Part shown: positions 26,145-40,186 of the stretch, piece by piece
Position numbering within the stretch: the first letter of the stretch is position 1
Layout of the letters: each line of letters opens with the position of its first letter
Assembly: GCA_024137785.1 (NCBI GenBank)
Contig: JAHRHZ010000282.1
Span: 124,001-188,000 of the forward strand
From: Ginglymostoma cirratum
Taxonomy: Eukaryota
DNA: 64,000 nt
Direction: 5' to 3'
The notes under the pieces: model-generated
Database searches by the model: none
Seen by the model: the letters and a program-made list of their open reading frames with translations, nothing else
What the model was told of the DNA's origin: nothing
Translations under genes and position numbers: made by a program

Positions 26145-27045
26145 CTCACCTGACAGTGATTGTTATCCTTTCCAGAAGAAAACGTGATCTTTCTCGTCTC
26201 GACATTTATTGCCTGGTGTCTATGGCAGTGGTCGATCTGCTCATGGTAAATGCTGTATTCCGAAACCAGATTGCTGGAATTTGCTTCCCATCAAATTTGT
26301 TGTTCATTACTCCAGTATGCACTCTCCGTGATGCTATAATCTACACTGCTGTTGATTGTTCAGTATACTTAACGGTTGCTTTCACCATTGATCGACTTAT
26401 GGCCATTTGTTGTCAGATGGTGAACTTCTGCATGGGATGGAAAGTGGCACTGCTTATTGGATTCGTCACAACACTCAGATGCATAAAAATGCCTTTATTT
26501 TTCAAATTAATTAACCTATCAACATAATTAATAATGTACCCCGGCTCTGCAAAATAAAATTAATATTTTATACGTCAGGTACTTGGGCAGAATATGACTG
26601 GATTCGCAGTATTTTGACCATTTGTCTCCCATTCATTCTGATTTTAATGCTCAACGCTCTCACTGTCAGATATATTGTACTGGCGGATAAAGCCCGCAGA
26701 AGACGCCAAACTCAGACTATTAGAGAAAATCAGAGAGGCCTGGAAATGGAAAAGCGCAAAACGTCCATGGTTTTCCTCTTTGCCATCTCAGGCAGCTTCA
26801 TTCTGTTATATTCTTTATTTTTCATAGAAACATTCCATGCCCAAATTACGAACGTACCTTATTTCTCAGATTTCAACTTAAGTCAGACAGAGTTCATTTA
26901 ACAGGAAAGTGGGTACTTGCTTCAGTTTATGAGTTCCTGCATCAACCCTTTTAATTATGTTCGGACCCAGAGTGAAATAAGAGCTGAGTCAAAGAATGGG
27001 TTGAAATATCCACTGGGACTCCTTATGAGATTGTGTAAGCATTGA
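26145..27045 (+). pseudogene. GPR139-like GPCR pseudogene, near-complete main exon
   Basis: acag|AHLTVIVILSRRKRDLSR...LVSMAVVDLL...TPVC...DCSVYLTVAFTIDRLMAICCQ...CLPFILILMLNALTVRYI...EMEKRKTSMVFLFAISGSFILL...SSCINP; frameshifts and stops. Confidence 0.85.
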
Positions 27046-29814
27046 AATTAATAAAATCTGACATAAATCGAAGTTAAATTGCAACTTTAATCTTATTGAC
27101 CAAAACAAATCAGTTATTCCTTTCCAAGTCGCATGTCTCTTCGAACCTTACCCAATCGGCAAATTTACGAATGTTAAAAGTATTTCGTTTTTGAATCAGC
27201 ACAATTCTTGCCCGTACTGGAACTGGTCTGTGCATTCCACAAATACTAAAGGACGCAAAGTTGAGGTGCAGTAATCACTAATGATTCTTGCAAACATGAG
27301 TGTTTGCGTTTCATTGTTGTTTCTGGTCCATCCAAGAGGGCAGTTCAGAGTTAACCACATTGCAATGGTTTTGGTGTCATGTGTATTCCAGACCAGGTAG
27401 TGAACCAAATGTCTTTTTTTCCGATAATGAATAATTGTTTCATGGTTTTCAATAGACCCTGGACTCCAGATTATTTTTTACTGAATTAAAATTCCACCAC
27501 CTGTCATGGAGAATTCGATCCCGGATTAATAGTCTGGCGATAATACTACTATGTTGTTGCCTCTTTCATTGTTCATTGGATGTGTGCATTATTGGCATAC
27601 CCAGCAACTTTTGCCCATGCAGTTTGGAGATCTTTGTATTTCTAACGTGGAATGACGTCTCTATTGTCCATGGATGGATGTGCAGTCTCTCTTGAAGATT
27701 CTGCACGTGTTCGTTTCTCCCACTATGTCTACAGTTCCTAGCAACTTGCTTGTGATTATAGATCTACGACATCAGCCTGTTGATGAACACTGTTCAGTCC
27801 TCACACATTACCCTCTGCTGGGGGAGAGACGTCACTGCACAAACAGTGGAAGGAAATTATTCAGAATTCGGTCAGAAGGAAGGCAGCAGCACACAGCACC
27901 ATCCAAACTGACAGCAGTGTCAACTCACACACGGACAGTGTGATAATGGTAGAGGTGGCGCAGCAGGCAGCGCATCGGTTTCATAAACTGAAGGCCTTGA
28001 GTTTAATCCTTAAAGAATGTAAGCTTGAGAGCTTGTGGCTTTTAGTGGCAGCACCTGCGGAAAGAAAGTAGAGTTAATATTGCGGGTCCAGAGACCTTTC
28101 CTCAGAACACATTTTACTGGAAGTCATAGAAAACATTGTAACATATCTGTTAAAGCTTGAATCAATTCCAAACACTTCTGGAAATGCTCCACGTTGTGAA
28201 TGAAAGATGATAACTATCAGCAAACAAATAGAAGGCAGCCATATGGATAGCCACTCTCGCTAGGCCCCACATCAATTTAAAACTTTGCATTTTGCCGTAA
28301 GTTATTCTTTCTCTGTGTTACGGTATTCATTCTGAAATTTATCTGTCACAATGTGTTTGTAACTCTGAATTCTACACTTAACCGTGTCAAAGATAACGTT
28401 TCCCTCCTCTTTCTGTATCTCTGCACTCAGCTCACAACATTTATTCAAAACAGAAGGAGATAGAAAGGGAAACTATAGGCCAGTCAGATTAATTGGGAGA
28501 AAATCTAGGCTATTGCAATTTATTTAATAGCAGAACATTAGAAATGCATAACACAATAAAGCAGTCAGCATGTTTTCATCCGGGTGGTTGGGGGGTGCGG
28601 TGTGGTGGGGAATTCATGAGTGACAATTTATCAGAATTCGAGGTGGAAGTAGGATAAATAAAAGGAAATGAGATGATGTAACATATTTGCATTTCCAGAC
28701 GATGTTTGATAAGGTTCCACACTTTTCTCCGCTTAATGAAACAAAGATGTACCGCCTTGCAGGTAGTATATAAACGTGCATAGAGGACTGATTAACTAAC
28801 AACCAAATACTTGCTGATGCCATCACCAAATAAAGGAGTCAGTGGGTATGGAAAGGAACCATCGAAAATCAAAATGTAACCCCTCAGAAAGAGAAGCCAA
28901 GGAGAGTCCAAAACAATACGACCTTTCCAAATCTGCCTTTTGTGCAGAAATGTCTATTCATAAGCAGATTGTCGCACTGTGTCATTTAATTACAAGAGCA
29001 AGCAACAGGGAGAGAAGTGTTGACACTTTAATTTATTCAACGTACAGTCAAAGTATCTGTCATTACTCACAGAGATGCACACACAAGCACAGAAGCATAC
29101 CTATATTCATGCAGACATGTACAGATGAATTGAAAGAGGATCTTTGAAAAAGTAAATTTCAATGCATTCGCTCGTCGTGTAAACTGTAAAGGGATGTTTA
29201 TTGGGATTAAGTCAGATTGGAATGTCTGGTTGCTGCGGACTAATTTGACCGAAGGATCTGTTTCCATGCTGGCCAACTCTGTAACTTTATAAAGGAGGGG
29301 TACAGCTAATCTCAGAAACTAAAAAGGGGATTTCACGTGGTCGCAGAGGCATAACTGAGGTGTGAAATGAATACTTTGTATCTATCTTTACAAAAGTGGA
29401 GATTTCTGTCTCGGCCATGGTGATAGAAGAGGAAGTGCTGTCACCAGAAGTATTCAAAATTAAGAAGGATTAAGTCCTGGATAGACTCTTGACACTTAAA
29501 TTTAGCAAGGCACTGTGTTCGGATAAGATACACTCAACGTCTTTGAAGGAAATGAGGATAGAAATTGCGGGGGGGTTGGGCATAGTTGCTTAGTCTTCCA
29601 TGGTTTCGAAGACATGCCAGAAAACTCAACATGTTAACTTCGTTCCTTCCTTTTTACATGGTGCCAGACCTCGTCAGTTTCTGTAATATGTACTATTTTT
29701 ATTTTCTGAATAATAGCTTCTCTTATCGGCGTGAGAGCGCCCTCTGGTGGACACAGACTGGAATTCACTGCATGTGTTCTTCTCCAGGGTTCTGCACAGC
29801 TCTGCACATTTGTG

Positions 29815-30240
29815 GGCTTCATGGCACAGAGATGTGCGGTGTTTTAGGACAGAACTGCAGCGATATTGAAATCAACCGGTTTGTTTGCTTCGGGTAAGTT
29901 AACAGAGCACCTTTCTGGTACAACTGGAGTCTTCTGTTCACTCCCTGTGCTATGTATTTTCAGTTATTATTTCAGAGCTTCCCAGTGATACCGGATGTAC
30001 CAGAAGAGGGTTTGAGTGGAGTAGGTTGTCGAAGAACGGCAGTTCAGATTAGTGTTTTATTGCTCCGAATAAGTTGATCTTTTGAGATAGAATTTTTGCA
30101 ATTCGGTCCTCAAACACATATACAAAATGTTTCAAATGAGGAGCAATAATTGCAACGCCTAGAATGTGCAATCACTATTTGAAAACATGCTCACCAGGCA
30201 ACAAGACAATTATCAGCGGTGAGGACCAAAAGGAGCACAT
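29815..30240 (-). pseudogene. TCR alpha/delta V pseudogene (leader 30240-30195)
   Basis: Leader MCSFWSSPLIIVLLP|gtgag; NLNCRSSTTYSTQTLFWYIRYHWEALK**LKIHSTG...VDFNIAAVLS*NTAHLCAMKP; degenerate RSS. Confidence 0.75.
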
Positions 30241-31431
30241 GGTTTCTTGTTTGCAGGTGACCAGAAAAATACCACAATTTTGGCCCTCCTCGTTCTGATA
30301 TTAAAGTGTAAAGTAAATCATGATCTGACTTCGCTGACTGAGAAGATTGGGATCTTCCCTGAGTATCAGTTTGCTGCTCTGTCAGCGTTGATGGCAACTA
30401 CACAACAATTAATAGCAGCTATTTACATTTTTCTGATTATTTCTCTGACTTTCTCATCATTGCTTTGTCTCTTCTCTTCTCCTCAATCTCGTTTGCTCTG
30501 GCGAAACTAGCTATGCTTGAAATAGAAGTCTAGCTGCAGTAACATCCGTGGCAATGAAGACTGGATAAATAATCGTGGGAGTAAACAAAGTGCTTGACAA
30601 AGTTGAACAAACGCGATTCAGAGTCCACCAGCAGATGGTGACAAAACCATTTAGAGATTTCTCTTGAACATCAGATTGAAAGTTGATCCATTAACGTTAT
30701 TTAGATTTATATAACCCCTATGAAACAATAATGATCAAAAGTCATAGCGATGGCACCCTAAAATTAAACTAGTCATGCATGGAATGAGAATATCAGGCAG
30801 ATGTTAGTTAAAGATAAAGCACCGAAAGGATTTATGAATTCTGAGACAAAGATTGAGAAAAAAAAGCAAGTAATGATGTAAGATAATAATTTCAGTTGGA
30901 AAATGTGCAATAACAAATCTTCATGGAATTTTTAATCCAGTGCTGCAAGGTGAGAGTGAAGGGCGAGAGAGAGATACAGAGAGAGGGAGAGAGGGTGGGA
31001 GACGAATGGACACAGACAGTCAAGGGAGTCCCTTTATTTTCTGGATTGAAGAGGCTTATGTTTTGAGACAGCCAATCCCTGACTGTGACAGTAAATGACT
31101 CCTGGTGATAACATACTTTAATAATCTGTTGTTGAAAATATCGCCTAACAGTGTTTCTCAATGAGGGGAATGTAAAGCCCTCCTCTTTGGTCCTCCATCG
31201 CCATCATTGAAAGCCCTGGTATCGTCAACAAATCCTGGTTTGGAATCAACAGACTGAATGATTTCTGTTCTGTCCCCCTTCATCCTCATGAACAAAAATT
31301 CTCGCAATTTCTTTTTGCAATTTAGAGCTCGAATTTTCTTGACATTGTGTGTTAATTATTCTGATCAGTCGCCTTGTTTTACCTATTCTTCAATAACTTG
31401 TGATGTTTGAATATGGTTTCTTTTGTTACAG

Positions 31432-31712
31432 CGGTTCAGTGTGTTGATCAGAGCCCACAGGATTACTGGATGCTGTCTCTGAAAGGGTGCGGGCTGAACT
31501 GCATTGTAACATGTCCAATGGTACTGCGATACGATAGATTGGTACAAAGAAACACTGTCAGGAGCTCCAACATTTATTGACTCCGTATACAACGGCAATC
31601 AAACTACAGGACTCAACACACTGTTCTGTGACCGAGTGAAGAAGTCCAACATCATTTCTATAGATGCCAATGTGGCACAGGAGGCCAGAAGATATTATTG
31701 TGTGAAGGCATG
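31432..31712 (+). pseudogene. Frameshifted antigen-receptor V pseudogene, opposite orientation
   Basis: ttacag|VQCVDQSP...AELHCNMSNG...TIDWYKETLSGAPTFI...QEARRYYCVKA; followed by CAAAGTG, 21 bp, ACAACATCT. Confidence 0.65.
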
Positions 31713-34700
31713 CAAAGTGACAAAGTGCAGGTTCGATTGTACAACATCTGTGTGGTACAATGTCTCTGCTGTCCCATTAAGTGTGTTCCAAAAGATACAC
31801 TTTACAAATAACAGTGAGACTAACAAGAGCTGATTTTTGATGCTTAAACTAACATCTGGATTAACCTACAAAATGTGACAACTGTTACTGCAGATATTGG
31901 ATGTTGTGGTGCCACCTTACCCTGGAACGTAAAAGGTGGACATATTTGCTGACAATTATAAAATACTTATTTTGTGAGTCTTCAGGTTTTGAATCAGTTC
32001 AATTCCTTATCCAGAAAGACATGGAAAACATTCACGCATGGCCTAATATTTTCACGTCACACAAGTGCCAGGTTGTGAATGTCTTCAACACGAAGGGATA
32101 TAACCATCATTCCCGACTGTCAATCACGTTGTCATCATTGAAACACCACTATCAAAGTCCTGAGGACTTCTATTCACCAGACACTGGACCAGTCATATAA
32201 ATGCTGTGGATGCTAGAGTAGACGGGAAAGAAAGAATTCCACAGGGAATAACTCACCTCTGGACTCCCAAAGAAATATATTCCAACTCAAACACAGGCAT
32301 CGCGAGGATTTGAATTAAAGTGCAATTGCTTATTAGACTTGTGGTTTAGCCAGCTAAGCCATCAAGCAGCCGATCCGGTCGCCTTGATATACCTATTTCC
32401 TTAGCCTCCTGTTCGCAAGAACTGTTTCTTTTTTCTGTTCCAAGGTTGTTCAGTGAGAATTTCAACAAGCTCCTATTTTTGCAAAAACGGACGGTTCACA
32501 GCTGAACAGTCTCCACCGAAAGCGCTCGGAAAGGGAAAATTTCCTCTTGAATTCTTTTAAAGTGATATTTTCATCTTTCAAACTAACGGGATGAAGAGGT
32601 TGCATTGATCATCTTGGTGCCCATTAAGCGCATGAACACAAACAGACGGAATCCCGCAAGAAGAAACTGGCGATTGTGGTTAATTGATCAGGAGTGATGT
32701 GCGATGTAGTGTAAATAATGGACAATAAAATTTGACTAAATAACACCTCCACTGCGCATTACTCAACAGCGAAACACTCACGTCCTGCCTCACATTTCCA
32801 AGTCATTTTGCCTTTCACTTCATTTTATTTCCTTGCTGCTCCTCTGAATTCGTTCCCGACAGATTGCATGTTCCCGATTAGAAATTACAACTTTTAAAAT
32901 CTGATTCCTGTGATATGGACGTCGCTCACTGAGATAGGGTTTATTGCCCATTCCGAATTACTCAGGGATTGAGATGATGAGCTACCTCTTCAACATTTGA
33001 ACACTATCACACGTAGGTGCAGCCTGATGCCATTACCGATGGACTTCCAGTATTTAGACCTAGTGACTACGGTGGTATAGCGATATATTTCCAACACAGA
33101 GTGGTGAGTTGCTTGAAGGGTGCCATGCGTGTAATAGTTTTCCCAAGCATCTGTCGCCATTGTCCTTCTAAGTGGAAGCAACTTCTCACTGGAGTGAATC
33201 TGGCAGATTCAGGACATATGTTCTATCTGTAATCAGGAATTCATTTGCATCTGGAAAATTCACACAAGAGAAAAAAACGACAGGCAACAATTAGCGGCAT
33301 CACAATCTATTATGACATAACTATTTAAATGAGATTTCATATTTTGTTTCAGCTCTATCCCGTGTGTCCGAGAATTTCCTGGAAATCCTGTTCACATTTA
33401 AATCCATGTTTCTCTCGTTACATTCATTGTGCTTTTTCCTGCCTCCTCCTCGAATTCACTCACTGTTTGTTCAGTTGCTTCTCTTCAGTTCTCGGTCTCC
33501 ATGGTTCCATCCTGCTGTATATGTTTCTCTCACTGGATTGGTCATCTAAGTCCTTTTCCATTTTATTCTAATTAATCTCCCTGTCTTTTCACACATTTAC
33601 ACTGTTTCCTTTCCTACTGTTTGTCTCCCGTTAATTCCATCAGCTTTTTGTCTGCTGAATCACCATTCACCTTTCTCCCTGTTCGCAGCCTGGACCTCCT
33701 GAGATCTCACCTCAGATAAAAACAAATATTTACCCGCTTTGTCCATCAGATGGCGCGCTGATCCATTTTATTTATTCGAAGCATGGAAATACTATTGTAT
33801 GTCTTTATCATTGCATTGCAGAATTTAACACGATTTACACTTTTAGAAGGAAACGTCAGTTAATAATGAGCAGCCAGCGCAAAGAATTTATGTATTTCCG
33901 ACCTCAGATGCATCAACAGGCCCTACAAACTTGACTCAGGGCATCTGTTTCAAAACTCAAGTACGGTCTTCACTTATTTACAGAGTTTGTCTACAGACAG
34001 GAAGAAAATCATGAACCTAATATGTTCAGTTCGAGCGGATACACGGAATGTGCTTCCCACTGCACTGTAACGCCATTTAAATCGAGTGAGTGGTCAACGA
34101 CTGACTCGCATCCAATTAATGACCCAATCACTGCGAGAGGAGATGAAGCCCCTCTCTGGCTGGCAGTGGAATTGACCTCAGTACGATCAGAAGTGAAGTG
34201 TTCAAACGGTGTCCCACCAGTACTTCACTGGGTAATAGAGTGGCTTTCTTTTCTTGGAGAGGTTAAATGAGAAATCTGTCTCCAGGGCGGGTGACATGAG
34301 AACGTGTGAACACTTTGGATTAATCCAAAGGCAAGGGTGTTAATGTTCCTTCGCGTGAAAATCATCCTTTCGATTGTAAACCCGATTCATTCCCATTAAA
34401 TCAATTCTTCAGTAGTAAGAAAGAACAGCCCGTACTGGAGACCTCGAACAAAGTTAGAAATTGCTGGAGGCAAACTCAGCAGGTCTTGCAACATCTGTGC
34501 AAAGAGAGTTAAAGTTTCGAGTCAAGATATCCTTTACCAGAACACAACACTGGACTCGAAACTTTTACTGTCTTTTTTTCTATCTCCCCAGTAATATTCC
34601 TCATCCGCCATAATCACAAATAGAAAAATGCAATGATTGAAATTGCACCTTCAACACTTTTTATTTTACGTGATATTTTCTGTAGGGAAGTGTTTGCTTT

Positions 34701-35400
34701 AAAAACACATTTATTCTACTTTGTAGGAACTGTTTGTAGAGGGTCTTCACTCTCTCATTCGAAGCAAATGCATCCAAAGGAGACAACATCAATTGAAATC
34801 TCGTAAAGTAACTATTGTGTGTTATGATGAACGATTTAGTTATTATGAATATCAACACGTGATTCTGTTCTCACAGAATAGGTCCCACAGTTTATCGCTT
34901 CACATCAGCTGTTCATGAACTGCTATTGCTATCTAACATGTAAGTCATTCCCAACTTCATTCATATAATAGGAGGCACTTAACTTATTGAAATGAATCGC
35001 TGAGTTTAAACTATTATAATCGAATTGTTCAGCTTCATCCCGCATTATCTTCACTGTAGAGAATCCAGAGGATACGGCACAGATATGTTAATGGAAATTT
35101 TCGGTCGGGATACAAACAAAATATGAGCTACTGCATTTCTGTTCCTTCACCTAGCTCCCAGACTGAAATTTTTGAGGGGAAAACATTCTGTTTAATTCCT
35201 GTACTCTCACTGTTACCTCTCTGATGTCAAACACTGGAGAAGAAACGAGCAGTGAGCTGTTGGATGTCACTTGCCCACGGTGTCAACAACGCACCAATCA
35301 GCAGAGACGACGGATGTTACTCGAAATTAACTCAATTCTCGACATTAACAATTTCAACTTCTGTTTCCATTGTCCAAATCCGCATTAACCTCCTACAAGC

Positions 35401-35872
35401 ATGTCTGTTACTTTATATTCATTCTTCACATTTGGAGCTCTCATAACGGGTGACTCATTTGAAAATCCAAACCCTGTTCCATATGCAGTTATCAATGATA
35501 TCGTTTTAAATGTGTGTTCTCCCTATTTCGTAAACGTTCAGTTGCCAGATGACATTAAGTACTATAGCATGATGATAACAGAATGAGGTTTTGTGCTTTT
35601 AAATTTCTGCAAGTGTTTGTGGTGCAGAATCTGTCTCCCAGGTTTCAGAGATGAGGTTTGAAAAAAAAAGTACAGTGACCATTAGTTACAGTCATTCGAT
35701 CACAGTCCCTGCAAATTCTTTCGTAATTCATCGTCAGTATCGGGACAAGATCGCGACATTCTTGATCTACATTTCTAACTATGGAGCTGTTATCAGGGCT
35801 AAGGGCGTGGAGCCTCGATTTTCTCTTAATATTGACCGTGTGAGAAGTGAGGGGATATACATTGATTACTAG
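35401..35872 (+). pseudogene. 3'-truncated TCR V pseudogene (leader 35401-35449), same family as 38124-38631
   Basis: MSVTLYSFFTFGALIT|gt; AESVSQ...VTISYSHSITVPANSFVIHRQYRDKIATFLIYISNYGAVIRAKGVEPRFS...RSEG; acceptor mutated; no YYC or RSS. Confidence 0.75.
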
Positions 35873-36929
35873 GATGTAACAAACACACTGTAACTGGACA
35901 ATGTCTCTACATGACTGCTGCCATCACTTGTGAATAAACGAGCGAGTTCTCAGACTGAAATTAAATCCAACAGTGGTTAATTCGTAGGAAGAACACAAGG
36001 CAGTTATTAAATCAACCATCTAACGCATGCTGTATTACCTGTTTCTGCTGTTCATTGGTATTTTTCCCTGTCTGTTTTAATGCTGCTAGCTCAGAGTGAC
36101 AAGAGAAAATCTTTCCCTCTTTTATGCCATGTAGAACTCACAACTCTGCAAACTCAGAACGACGAGTCCTTGGGAGTGAGAAAGCAATCTCTCAATCTCA
36201 GTTCAACAGCTGTATTTCTTTCTCTGAAGCTACTTATGTCAGGCCATGAAAAGGCCAGCTCTTTGTTAGGCCAGTTTTAGATCAAGCTATCCATCAGGTC
36301 AGTTCGAACTCAAGATTTCTGTCAGATAACTTCGAGCAAAAGGTTGTTTATCAGTTCACATAGAGATCATGTTGTTTCTACATTCAGTGAGTGATCAAAT
36401 TATCTCTTCTGTCAGTTTATGACAACCTGTTTGTTTTTATCTTTTTTCTTTAATAAAAAGAGTGCACCATTAATGTTCCTCTTCTCTGTCATCAACAGAG
36501 ACTTGTGGTTGTCGATGTGATCAGACCATGAGACCGAGATCATCCTATTGCATGTTTACAGGAAGTGACTTCAAATCAAATGCAACCAATCCTGTCAGGT
36601 TTTTCTTTTCCGATGTTCTGCAGATTTTTTGGGGCGCAGAAATATCACTTTTATCCAGGGGCAAAAGCGACGTGGCTTTCCTTTCTCTCTCTTGTGTGGG
36701 TGACTTCCATTGTTGGTAAGGTTGAAACGTTAAAAAAGGGGGTTTAATCGCTGTGGGTATAAATTAGTGAAACAGAGTCCACATATTAGACAACTGTCCG
36801 AGCCAGATTAAAGCACGCTTGGGTTAATGCCTGCACGTTTTTAAAATCTCTTCCTTACCTGATGAATGAAGCCAAAGTTCGCAGTCAGAAGGTACGTAGG
36901 TGGTCCTGCTGTAATGAAGGTGTTTTTGC

Positions 36930-37037
36930 TTAGCTCCCGTCTTCTGAAACAGTTCAGTCAAGTAGTACAGACTTACCATCTCGCAGCTATTATCACCTGA
37001 CTCTGCGGTCTATCACTGTGCAATGAGTCTCACATTC
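36930..37037 (+). pseudogene. 3' fragment of a TCR V segment
   Basis: NSSVK*YRLTISQLLSPDSAVYHCAMS followed by degenerate heptamer CACATTC. Confidence 0.65.
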
Positions 37038-38123
37038 ATGAGGATGCGCAAAAACCTCGTACAGGTTTCTGGGTCACAGCTGCTGCCTGAAGAGGCCTGC
37101 TTGCAGCAGCGGGTCACACACTGAACCTTCAGTACATTCCTAGGCGGGAAGATCCCGAGGACAATCGACAACATCAGCATTTAAAATTGTTCACAGCAAA
37201 TGCGGATTCTGATTGTTGCGTTGACTATGGGAGGATTGAATTTGTTCCTGTTCGTTTTGAGACTCACAGAAAAGTTTCCACTCACTTTCATTGACAATAC
37301 TAATTCTGCAGCTGGCCTGACACTAACCATTTCTGTGTATCACTGTTTTGGACAGAAATGGAACAAATAATTTTCGATGTGAAATTCCAGGATTATGGAC
37401 AGCAGCCCACTACTTGAGGAAATCCTTAATACTTGCTGTGACATGATCGAAGATCTCCCAATATTAAATATGCACATATTAATGACTAAGACTCCATAAT
37501 GTAACGAGGGAAAAAGAGTGTATTTTCAGGATATGACGAGAACATAATGAGCAGCGATATTAATGGTAACAATCTGGAAGGGCCATCTGGGAATTTTTTT
37601 GGAATACTTGGTCAGATAACTCATTTTATATAAAAGCCCAATTGAAAAAATATCATGCTATCGCATATTAGAATTGCTTTTGGAAATATGAATTCACTGG
37701 ATAAGGCTGCAAGTGAACAAAAAGTATGTGCTTTTCTTTGTACCATCCCATAGTGCTGTCCTGTTGCAGTTAAATATCCATTAACGGCTGGAAAACAAAT
37801 TCAGTTTAGATATTTTGGCAAGCTATCCTGCTCTAACGCTTTCATTTATAACATGGCATAAATTACTTAATCTCATGCTTGTATCATGTTCAGAATGTAT
37901 TCGTTTTAATTGGAACAGGAAACCCTTTCCAACCACTGCACCTATCACTCCCTGGTCGCGAATATTTGGATATATTTCAATTCAATGCAGTTCAAGAAAG
38001 CGTTTAGAAATGTCTTGGTTTCTCTGCAGTTCCCACAGTTCTTGCCCCCTACCATATCCTGTTGAACTTGTTCCATTTCAACAATGATTTTGCACGAGGC
38101 TCCCTCTGTTTCCTGTCACTGTG

Positions 38124-38631
38124 TCTCTCAGCACACAGTAATACACAGCACTGTCAGACAGTCGTAGGTCACCAATGGTGAAATTCCCCTCACTTTTCGA
38201 AGTGTCCGGAGCTGCAGAAAATCTATTTCACAAGCCATCAGATCTGAGAACATTTCCAGATTGAAGGATGTAGATCAATAGTGTCGGTGATTTACCCAGG
38301 TCTTGCCGGTACAAATTAAAGGAATATGAAGTAGCTATTTTGATCGAATAGCTAAAGTTAATGTTCACCGACTGTCCTTCAAGCTGTTTTGCTGTAGCTG
38401 GTCCCTGTGAAATCGAATCTGCACAATTCACTTCTACGGAAATTTAAACAGAAAATAAAACTGAGTCTGAAATTACCGTCTTGTTCAATAATGTCATCAA
38501 GATAAGAGAACATTTTGCAGGTGAGGTCACTACGTAAGTATAATGTACAAGGCAACGTTTTGCGTCTTGGTCAACTTACCAGTGAAGAGAACTGCAGCTG
38601 TGGTTAATGCATAAAATGTAACAGCTGACAT
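38124..38631 (-). pseudogene. TCR alpha/delta V with a single in-frame stop (leader 38631-38580, V exon 38433-38124)
   Basis: MSAVTFYALTTAAVLFT|EVNCADSISQGP...SVNINFSYS...NLYRQDLGKSPTLLIYI...DGL*NRFSA...GNFTIGDLRLSDSAVYYCVLR; 23-RSS CACAGTG (38123-38117) / GCAAAATCA (38093-38085); TGA at 38230-38228. Confidence 0.88.
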
Positions 38632-38834
38632 GTTTTTAGAACGGACAGTGGATTTGAACAGAGGTAACTGAAGTTAAATTGCTTCAGCTGAAAGCTGACA
38701 GGGTGTTTCCACAGAGGGAGCTGAAGCTGAGTTGTTTCAGCTGATGTTGAGTCATATCTAACAACACTGCTGATTGGTTTATTTCTGGTGGTCACTCAGA
38801 GACACCCAATCTGCTCACAACTTATTTGTTCTCT

Positions 38835-40186
38835 AGAGATAGTAGCAACTGCAGATGCTGGAGAATCTGAGATAACAAGGTGTAGAGCTGGATGAACACA
38901 GCAGGTCAAGTAGCATCAGAGAAGCAGGAAGGCTGATATTTCGGGCCTGGACACTTCTTCAGAAATGGGGGAGGGGAAGAGGGTTCTGAAATAAATAGGG
39001 AGAGGGGGGAGGCAGATAGACGATGGATAGAGGAGAAGATAGGTGGAGAGGAGGCAGACAAGTCAAAGAGGCGGGGATTGAACCATTAAAGGTGATTGTA
39101 GGTGGGGAAGTAGGGAGGAGATAGGTCAGTCCAGGGAGGACGGACAGGTCAAGGGGGCGGTATGAGTTTAGTAGCGAGGAGATAGGGGTGCAGCTTGAGG
39201 TGGGAGAAGGGGATAGGTGGGAGGAAGGGCAGGTTAGGGAGGCGGGGACGAGCTGGGTTGCTTTTGGGATGCGGTAGAGGGAGGGGTGATTTTGAATCTT
39301 GTGAAGTCCACATTGATACCATTGGGCTGCAGGATTGCCAAGCGGAATATGAGTTGCTGTTCCTGCAACCTTCGTGTAGCATCGCTGTGGCACTGTAGGA
39401 GGCCCAGGAAGGACATGTCGTCTGCGGAATGGGAGGGGTAGTTGAAATGGTTGGCGACTGGGAGGTGCAGTTGTTTAGTGCGAACCGAGCGTAGGTGTTC
39501 TGGAAAGCAGTCCCCAAGCCTCCGCTTGGTTTCCCCTATGTAGAGGAGGACACAACTGGAGCAGAAGATGCAGTATACCACATTAGCAGATGTGCAGGTG
39601 AACATCTGTTTGATGTGGAAAGTCTTCTTGGAGCCTGGGATGGGGGTGAGGGGGGAGGTGCCACAACGATGCTAAACGAAGGTTGCCGGAACAGCAAGTC
39701 ATATTCTGCTTGGGAAACCTGCAGCCCAATGGTATCAATGTGGAATTTACAAGCTTCAAAATCTCCCCTCCCTCTACTGCATCCCAAAACCAGCCCAGGT
39801 CGTTCCCACCCGACTAACCTGTACTTCCTCCCACCTATCCCCTCCTCCCACCTCAAGACCCACCCCCATCTCCTACCTCCTAACATGATCCCGCCCCCTT
39901 GACCTGTCCGTCCTCCTGGACTGACCTATCTACTTCCTACCTCCCCACCTGCACTCACCTTTACTGGCTCCATCCCCGCCTCTTTGACCTGGCTGTCTCC
40001 TCTCCATCTATCTTCGCCTTTATCCATGTTCTGTCTGCCTCCCCCTCTCTCCCTATTTATTTTAGAACCCCATTCCCCTCCCCCATTTCTGAAGAAGGGT
40101 CTCGGCCCGAAACATCAGCCTTCCTGCTCCTCTGATACTGCTTGGCCTGCTGTGTTCATTCAGCACTACACCAATTTGTTCTCCAG
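38835..40186. mobile_element. Penelope-like element fragment forming an inverted repeat (GIY-YIG endonuclease end)
   Basis: Minus ORF CTSANVVYCIFCSSCVLLYIGETKRRLGDCFPEHLRSV; arms ~38870-39393 and ~39658-40180 are reverse complements. Confidence 0.85.
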
